From Candidatus Eiseniibacteriota bacterium (GTDB taxonomy: Bacteria; Eisenbacteria; RBG-16-71-46): a stretch of DNA of 64,000 nt. A program made the position numbers and the translations under genes. The stretch lies in assembly GCA_963744995.1 (NCBI GenBank), contig CAVUWA010000011.1, forward strand, positions 96,001 through 160,000, in the 5' to 3' direction. The notes under the pieces were generated by a model. It ran no database searches. It was not told the origin of the DNA and was given only the letters and a program-made list of their open reading frames with translations. Of this stretch, positions 57,740 through 64,000 are shown piece by piece (the first letter of the stretch is position 1; the number at the start of each line of letters is the position of its first letter).

Positions 57740-60634
57740 CTACGCTTCGGCCCTGGTCCCGCCGGCCAGCGACACCGTGCGGATCTTCTCTTCGCCGAGC
57801 GCAGGTTCGGTCTCCGCGAGCCGCTGGTGGCGGCCGCGATGGCAGGTCACGACGACGATCTGATGCCGCCCGGCAAAGTGCTCGACCAGCAGCTTCATGC
57901 CTTCACGCGTGCGGTCGTCGTCGCTGTTCGCGAACGCATCGTCGATCAGCAGCGGCAGCGGTGCGCGGCCGCGTGACAGATACTCGCTCACGGCGAGGCG
58001 CACCGCGAAGTGCAGCTGGTCCTGCGCGCCGCTCGACAGCTGCAGCATCGCCTTGCCGCGGGCGACCTGGCGGCCATCGGCATACTTGATCGAGAAATCG
58101 AGGTCGTCGCCGAAGCGCACTTCGGTGACGCCGGTGCCGACCGATGCGAGCAGTTCGCCGACGCGCTGATTCAGGTGCTCGGCCCAGCGCCGGTGCGTGG
58201 ACTGCGCGACGCTCTGGATGGTCTCGCGCGCGAGGACCGTCGCCCGTTCGAAACGCCGGGCGCGCTCCAGCGCCGCATCCAGCCGTTCGAGCAGCGCCAG
58301 CTTCTCCGGATGCTCGCGGTGATGTTTGCGCCACTGCTCTTCGACGCCGAGCCGTAGATCGGTGCGCCAGTTTTGGATCTCGGTGAGGCGTTTGTTGACG
58401 CGCTGCACCTCGCGGTCGACCTCGACCTGGCTGCGCGCGGGCTTTCCGACCGCCGGCGCGGCGACGCCGTCGTCCTCCAGCGCCTGCAGGTGCTGCTTCT
58501 TCTCTTCGATCTCCTGCTCGGAAAGCAGGTTGCGTTCGGCCGCGGGAATGACCTCCTCGACCAGCGTCCGGTGCCGCGTGCGCCCCTGCAGCCGCTCCGC
58601 CAGGTCCCTGACGTGATCCGACCACGGCCGCTCGGGATCGTAGGTCAGCCCGGCCCCGTGCAGCGTGCGCACCGCGCGCTCCTTGAGTCCCGCCGCGGTC
58701 GCTTCGGCCATACGCTTCTCGTCGTCGATCCAGGACCAGCTGGTCTCGAGGCTCTCGGCGCGCTGTCTGGTCGCCCGCGCATGGCGGATCCCGGCGGCGA
58801 TGCGCTCGAGGTTCGTCGGTTCCGGCGAGCCGCCGCCCACCTTCTCGAGCAGCTCGTGCACGCTGTCGAGCACGGACTTGCGCTGAGCGTCGAGCGCGGC
58901 GATCCCTTCCTGCGCACGCAGCACGGGGGCGCTGTCGTCCATGATGCGCACGTACTCGTTCCACTCGCGCGTGAGCTCGACCGGATCGCGGAAGCCCAGC
59001 TCCTTGCACATCTCGTTGAGTCCGACCTCGAACTGGGTGCGCTGCTGGCGGATCTGGTTGAGCCGGCGCTGCGCGTCGCTGAGCTTCTTCAGCGATTCCT
59101 CGCGATCGTCGTGGCGCAGATTCGCGCCCGAGGCCAGCATCCCCCAACCGACGATCACCAGCACGAGGCCACCGACCAGCAGTCCGTTCCAGAGCGCCAC
59201 CAGCCCGCCGATCGCCATGACCGCCACGCCGGCGGCGGCGCCGCCGAGGCCGAGCGCGAGCAGGAACCAGCCGGGCAGCCGGCGGCCGTTGCGTGCCGCG
59301 TCGATCTCGCGCAGCGTCTCGGTGCTGCTGGTGCGCGTCTGCTCGAGGTTCGCGACCTCGGTCTGGAACCCGAGCGACACTTCGGCCTGATTGCGCAACA
59401 GCTTCTGCTGCGCTTCGGTCACACCCTCGAACCGCTGCGTCAGATCCTGAATGCGTTCCGGCTCGTAGCCGCGGCTGGCGAGCGCCTCGCGCTGGCTGAA
59501 CACGTTGTCCTTGAGCCGGCTGTCGGCCTCGCCGATGCGCCGGATCTCAGCGGCCAGCGCGACGAACCGGTCGGCGTCGTCGATCGTGCAGTTCTCGTAC
59601 TGCTGCACGCTCTCGAGCTCCTGATCGATCGCCTTGCGCTCGCGGTTCTGCTCGTCCTGGCGCCGCGCTTCGAGCGCTTCGAGGTTGCGCTGCGCCTCTT
59701 CGTAGCGCGCGATCGTCTCGCGCAGCTCGGACTCCGCGCCCGCGGGCAGGTGCGACACCGTGGCCAGGGAATCCGCCTCTTCACGCAGCTTGCGCAGCTC
59801 CTCGCGGCGAGCGGCGTCCGACTCGAGCTGCCGCCGGATGTCGGCGCCCACGCTGCCGCGCCGTTCCTCTTCCAGCCGCTCCAGCTCCGCGCGCGCGTTT
59901 CGCTCGTCCTCGCCGCGCCGCGCCAGCTCTTCGAGCGGGCCGGCCATTTCTTCGAAGTCGTGCTCCAGCTTCTTGAGCTCGACCTCGACCATGCCGCGCT
60001 TGGCCTCGAGTGCCTTGATGACGTTCTCGACCTTCATGGTCGAGCTCAGCTCTTCGCAGGTGTACTGATTCGCCGCCTGTTCGAGCACGCGCATCGCCTC
60101 GGTCGCATTGGTGTCGCCGACGTGGGTGTCGGCTGCGCTCTCGAGCCGCGCACGCAGCGTGGAGGCGCGGCGGCTCTTCTCGTCGTCGGGGACGACCTCG
60201 GCGAGGTCGTCCTGACGGATGAACGCGCACTTCTCCCATTCGGCCTGATCGAGTCCGAGCAGCCGGTGACCGACCGGGTACGCGTCCTTGCCCTCGCGGA
60301 ATTCGGTCGTGACCTCGCGCCCCTGCTCGTTCCACACTTCCACCGTACCGCGCTCGAAGTCGCGCTTCACGGTGTAGGTCGTGTCGTCGACGCGCAGGTC
60401 GAGTTCGATCCGGAACCCGTCGCCCGACCACGGCCGCCAGCGCTCCAGCGGGGTGAGCACGCGATGCGACCGGCGGTCGCCATCGAGGCCGTAGAGCGCC
60501 GCCGTGATCGCGGCGAGCAGGCTCGACTTGCCGCGCTCGTTGTCGTCCACGACCAGGGTGACGCGCTCGGAATCGAACGCCCACTCACCGCGCAGCGGGC
60601 CGAAGCCGTCGGCCTTGAGCCGCAGCAGCTTCAT
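57740..60634 (-). CDS. YhaN-like SbcC/Rad50-type ATPase
   Basis: NERGKSS, long coiled coil with a central TM pair, LSSG, LLIDD, TCH. Confidence 0.88.
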   Translation of the reverse strand: MKLLRLKADGFGPLRGEWAFDSERVTLVVDDNERGKSSLLAAITAALYGLDGDRRSHRVLTPLERWRPWSGDGFRIELDLRVDDTTYTVKRDFERGTVEVWNEQGREVTTEFREGKDAYPVGHRLLGLDQAEWEKCAFIRQDDLAEVVPDDEKSRRASTLRARLESAADTHVGDTNATEAMRVLEQAANQYTCEELSSTMKVENVIKALEAKRGMVEVELKKLEHDFEEMAGPLEELARRGEDERNARAELERLEEERRGSVGADIRRQLESDAARREELRKLREEADSLATVSHLPAGAESELRETIARYEEAQRNLEALEARRQDEQNRERKAIDQELESVQQYENCTIDDADRFVALAAEIRRIGEADSRLKDNVFSQREALASRGYEPERIQDLTQRFEGVTEAQQKLLRNQAEVSLGFQTEVANLEQTRTSSTETLREIDAARNGRRLPGWFLLALGLGGAAAGVAVMAIGGLVALWNGLLVGGLVLVIVGWGMLASGANLRHDDREESLKKLSDAQRRLNQIRQQRTQFEVGLNEMCKELGFRDPVELTREWNEYVRIMDDSAPVLRAQEGIAALDAQRKSVLDSVHELLEKVGGGSPEPTNLERIAAGIRHARATRQRAESLETSWSWIDDEKRMAEATAAGLKERAVRTLHGAGLTYDPERPWSDHVRDLAERLQGRTRHRTLVEEVIPAAERNLLSEQEIEEKKQHLQALEDDGVAAPAVGKPARSQVEVDREVQRVNKRLTEIQNWRTDLRLGVEEQWRKHHREHPEKLALLERLDAALERARRFERATVLARETIQSVAQSTHRRWAEHLNQRVGELLASVGTGVTEVRFGDDLDFSIKYADGRQVARGKAMLQLSSGAQDQLHFAVRLAVSEYLSRGRAPLPLLIDDAFANSDDDRTREGMKLLVEHFAGRHQIVVVTCHRGRHQRLAETEPALGEEKIRTVSLAGGTRAEA

Positions 60635-61863
60635 TCGCCCATCTCCTCGTAGACCGGCACGACCTCGCGCAGCCGGAAGGCGTCCAGCCCGTAGTACAGC
60701 GCGCTCTCGAGGATCGCCCGTTCGCGCGGATTCTTCTCGGCATCGAGGCGTTCGAGCAGCGCCTTGGCGAAGCGCTCTTCGGTGGTCGATGCGTCGGCGC
60801 GCCGGTACATGTCGAGGTCGTAGTCCGGACGCACGTTGCGCAGGTCCACGCGCAGGTAGAATGCGCGCGACGCGAGGTCCGCGCCCGCCCCCGCGTAGCG
60901 CACGCCCTTCACCAGCCGGCCGCGGAGCCGCACGGTCGCGAGATCCTTCTCGCTCACGCCGGCCGCATCGAGTGCGCCGGCGATCCGGCGGTCCACCTCT
61001 TCAGCGCTCGATGCCGCGGTGGCGTCGGCTTCGATCTCGTGCACGGTGCGGTCGTCGAGCTGAATGAAGTCGATTTCCACGAACGGCTTCCCGTCCTGTT
61101 CCTCGATCCGCACTTCGAGCGCGCCGTGCAGGCCGATCTCGTTCATCGCCAGCGCGACCGCGGAGCCGGCGTAGGCCAGTCGCGTCCCGCCCGCCCTGGC
61201 ATCGTGGGTGTCGAGTCGCGACGCGGCGTGGTAGTGGCCGACCGCCATGTACGCGAACGGCGCAGCCTGCGCTTCGGCATCGCTGAACGGTGCGGTGATC
61301 TTCTGCCCGGGCGGCAGCTTGCCCTCGCGCGAGCCGTGGAAGAGCGCGACGTGCAGGCCCTCCTGCGTGTCGGGCTTCACCTTCATCAGTGCCGCGCCGG
61401 CGAGCGGCCGCTCGGCCGACTCGACCGAAGGCGTGAAGCAGCGACCCCACACGGTGACATGGTCGAGCCCCTTCACGGGCTGCTTCGACCACTCCGCGGT
61501 CGTGAACACGTGCACGTGCTCCGGCCACTCGAGGCCGCGCGCCTTGAGGATGCGCGGGCTCCAGTAGACGCTCGTCAGGGTGAACGGGTCGTGGTTGCCG
61601 GGAGCGATGAATACGGGCGGGCAGCCTGTGACTTTGAACGCGTTCAGCGCGAATGCCAGCGAGTCGGCGTCGATGCCTTCCTGGTCGAACAGATCGCCGG
61701 CCACGAGAATCGCATTCGCCCCGCGCTCGATCGCCAGGGACACGGCGCGTTCGAGGGCCTGGCGCTGGTCGCGGCGGCGTTCCGCGCGACGGTCGGGCGG
61801 CAGCCAGCCGAGCGGCGCGCCCAGGTGGAGATCCGAGATCTGAAGGAACCGAGCGACGGCCAT
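60631..61863 (-). CDS. YhaO-like SbcD/Mre11 nuclease
   Basis: SDLHLG, AGDLFD, PGNHD, GHYH and YAGS motifs. Confidence 0.92.
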   Translation of the reverse strand: MAVARFLQISDLHLGAPLGWLPPDRRAERRRDQRQALERAVSLAIERGANAILVAGDLFDQEGIDADSLAFALNAFKVTGCPPVFIAPGNHDPFTLTSVYWSPRILKARGLEWPEHVHVFTTAEWSKQPVKGLDHVTVWGRCFTPSVESAERPLAGAALMKVKPDTQEGLHVALFHGSREGKLPPGQKITAPFSDAEAQAAPFAYMAVGHYHAASRLDTHDARAGGTRLAYAGSAVALAMNEIGLHGALEVRIEEQDGKPFVEIDFIQLDDRTVHEIEADATAASSAEEVDRRIAGALDAAGVSEKDLATVRLRGRLVKGVRYAGAGADLASRAFYLRVDLRNVRPDYDLDMYRRADASTTEERFAKALLERLDAEKNPRERAILESALYYGLDAFRLREVVPVYEEMGE

Positions 61864-62004
61864 GTCGTGAGGTGCTCCGGGATACGGCGGGGATCGATCC
61901 GGCCGGAGAATCATTCCGTTGCGCGGCCGCGGATCCGGAAGCGGACGATAGCAGGAAGGTGATTACGGGGCAACGCGTTGAAAGCATCTGCCGGCGCCTC
62001 TACC

Positions 62005-62766
62005 ATGCTCCCGGAGATGCCCATGACCGAACCTTCCACCCCGCCGACCGCAGCCCCCCCGCTCGCCCGTGAATTCGAACGCCGGGTGAACTGGGGCGCC
62101 CTGCCGGCGATCCTCTTTCTGGTGATGCTGGTGTCGCTCGCTGCGATCGCCGCGTACTCGACGTTCGCGGCGCCGCGCACGGCGCACGGCATGCCCGCCG
62201 ATCCGGACGTGGACGCCGCCCGCGCCCTGCTCGCGGGACACATGAACTCCCCGGCTCAGGACCTGCGCTTCACCTCGTCGCTCACCGGCGACGTCGGCCC
62301 GCTGCCGGTCGCGCCGGATCCCGATCGGCTCGCCGCTGCCCGCGAGCGCCTCGAGCGGGTGCTCGAGCGGCATGCGTTCGACCCGCGGGCGCTCACCGCG
62401 CTCGCCCACGTCGAGCTGGCTCTCCGGCGCGGCAGGCGCGCGGAGGCGCACTACCGGCTGGCGCTCGAGTTCGCGCCCCACTACGGCGAGGCGCGGCTCG
62501 GCCTCGGCCTCGCGCTCGCGCAGCGTTCGTACGCGACGGCCGACACGCACGAACGGCGCCGGCTCCAGCTGCGCGCTCTGGCGCAGTTCGCGGCCGTTTC
62601 CGAGGACGACCCCGTCTACCTCGCGGCGCTGCACGACCGCGCGATGATGGCCCTGTTCGCCGGCCGCCGCCAGGCGGCGGAGCGTCTCGGCGAGCAGTAT
62701 TTCGCCCGCGATCCGGACGGCCCCTGGGCCGTGCGGCTCCGGGCCGCGCTCGGAGGACACGCATGA
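62005..62766 (+). CDS. Membrane-anchored TPR-like protein; start uncertain
   Basis: One TM segment, then a TPR-like stretch (AEAHYRLALEFAPHYGEARLGLG). Confidence 0.7.
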   Translation: MLPEMPMTEPSTPPTAAPPLAREFERRVNWGALPAILFLVMLVSLAAIAAYSTFAAPRTAHGMPADPDVDAARALLAGHMNSPAQDLRFTSSLTGDVGPLPVAPDPDRLAAARERLERVLERHAFDPRALTALAHVELALRRGRRAEAHYRLALEFAPHYGEARLGLGLALAQRSYATADTHERRRLQLRALAQFAAVSEDDPVYLAALHDRAMMALFAGRRQAAERLGEQYFARDPDGPWAVRLRAALGGHA

Positions 62767-63785
62767 ATCTGCTCGTGCTGGGTGGCATGAAGTTCCTCGG
62801 CCGCGCGGTGGTGGATGCCGCTCTCGACCGCGGCCACCGGATCACGCTGTTCAACCGCGGCCGCTCGGCGGCGCCACCGGCGGGCGTCGAGCTCGTCAAG
62901 GGCGACCGCGACGGCGGCCTCGGGGCTCTCGACGGCCGCACGTTCGACGCGGTGATCGACAACAGCGGTTACCTGCCGCGGCTGGTGCGCGACTCGGCAG
63001 GGCGGCTGGCCAACGCCGCGGGGCATTACGTGTTCGTGTCGAGCATCTCGGTCTACGCCGGCTACACGCCGCATCAGGACGAGACCGCGAACGTGCACGC
63101 GCTCGATGACCCTGCCGTGGAAAAGGTCACCGGCCTCACCTACGGCGGGCTCAAAGCGCTGTGCGAGCGCGCGGTCGAAGAAGCGCTGCCCGGTCGCGCC
63201 ACGATCGTGCGCCCCGGGCTGATCGTCGGCCCGCACGACTCCACCGACCGCTTCCCGTACTGGGTGCGGCATCTGGCGGGCGAGGCCGAGGTGCTCGCGC
63301 CGGGCGACCCCGAGACACCGGTGCAGGTGATCGACGTGCGCGACCTCGCCGGCTGGATGATCGCGCTGGCCGAGTCGAAGACGGCGGGCGTGTTCAACGC
63401 CACCGGTCCGCAGGCGCCGCTCACGTTCGGCGGGATGCTCGAGACTTTGCGCGCGGCCACCGGAGGCAAGGCGAAGCTCACGTGGGTCGACGCGGCGTTC
63501 CTGCTCGAGCGCGGTGTGCAGCCGTTCAGCGAGCTGCCGCTCTGGGTGCCGAAGGACGCCGCGGGCTTCATGCAGATCGACATCCGCCGCGCGCTCGCGG
63601 CAGGGCTCACGTTCCGTCCGCTCGAAGACACCGCGCGCGACACGCTCGCCTGGGAGCGGGTGCGGACCGCTGCGGAGCGGGAAGCGGCGCGCAGCGGTCT
63701 CACCGGCGCGCCGCTGTCACCGGAGCGCGAGCGTGAACTGCTCGACGCGTGGCGCGGGCGCGAGCCGGCCGGGCGGAACGCTTGA
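62763..63785 (+). CDS. NAD-dependent epimerase/atypical SDR
   Basis: VLGGMKFLG, SSISVY, YGGLK and RPGLIVGP motifs. Confidence 0.9.
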   Translation: MNLLVLGGMKFLGRAVVDAALDRGHRITLFNRGRSAAPPAGVELVKGDRDGGLGALDGRTFDAVIDNSGYLPRLVRDSAGRLANAAGHYVFVSSISVYAGYTPHQDETANVHALDDPAVEKVTGLTYGGLKALCERAVEEALPGRATIVRPGLIVGPHDSTDRFPYWVRHLAGEAEVLAPGDPETPVQVIDVRDLAGWMIALAESKTAGVFNATGPQAPLTFGGMLETLRAATGGKAKLTWVDAAFLLERGVQPFSELPLWVPKDAAGFMQIDIRRALAAGLTFRPLEDTARDTLAWERVRTAAEREAARSGLTGAPLSPERERELLDAWRGREPAGRNA

Positions 63786-64000
63786 GCGCCCGTGACGCCG
63801 GGACCGCGGCATTGCTCGCCGATGCCGCGGCGCGCGCGCAGCGCTACCTGGAATCCCTCGGCGCGCGCGACGTCGCGCCCGCACCTGCCGCGATCGAGGC
63901 CGCCCGCGCGCAACTCGGCGGGCCGCTGCCCGAGTCGCCCGCGGATCCGGCCGCGGTGATCGCTCGGCTCGATCGTTACGGTTCGCCGGCCACGATGGGC
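63782..64000 (+). CDS. Probable PLP-dependent (group II) decarboxylase, 5' part only
   Basis: TTGA overlap; hand translation LLADAAARAQRYLESL..RDVAP...GPLPE...LDRYGSPATM resembles this family's N-terminus. Confidence 0.6.
   Translation, partial: MSARDAGTAALLADAAARAQRYLESLGARDVAPAPAAIEAARAQLGGPLPESPADPAAVIARLDRYGSPATMG

Noticed and set aside
57740..61863. Nuclease plus SMC-like ATPase as a novel defence system
   Set aside because: It matches the widespread YhaO/YhaN (SbcDC-like) pair, with host-like composition and no accessory defence genes.

Overview
A very GC-rich, diderm bacterial chromosomal window. The large signal-peptide protein at the left edge and the overall gene mix suggest a Candidatus Eisenbacteria-like lineage, but this is inference only. 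The window holds about 50 genes, mostly envelope, proteolysis, redox and regulatory functions. These include TldD/TldE, ChrA, a DUF2723 glycosyltransferase, a sigma-54 two-component system, GT2 plus WecA, OtsB, an Eis-like GNAT, amidase, GH1, FKBP, an AmpG-like MFS, two aspartyl protease-PDZ proteins, an ECF43 sigma factor with its kinase, an M32 peptidase, two MscS, AbgT, DsbD/YyaL, an ECF with anti-sigma, and YhaO/YhaN. The main accessory feature is an inverted-type integron at about 23.7-30.5 kb: intI is co-oriented with its cassettes, and attI lies downstream of intI. The array contains one intact attC and several degenerate or half attC sites. Inside the array sits a relic of a second copy of the same locus: the Pint promoter, the intI 5' end, a 37-bp intI internal fragment, a truncated thioesterase and an eis fragment with only synonymous differences. 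This points to tandem fusion of two integron alleles. Other unexplained structure includes two ~178-bp palindromic elements with a shared core but unrelated perfect 32-bp arms, a promoter-preceded rod-like ncRNA candidate behind a degenerate Mut7-C gene, and a DUF2723 gene flanked by a repeat of the neighbouring gene's 3' end. No CRISPR array, tRNA or rRNA was seen.
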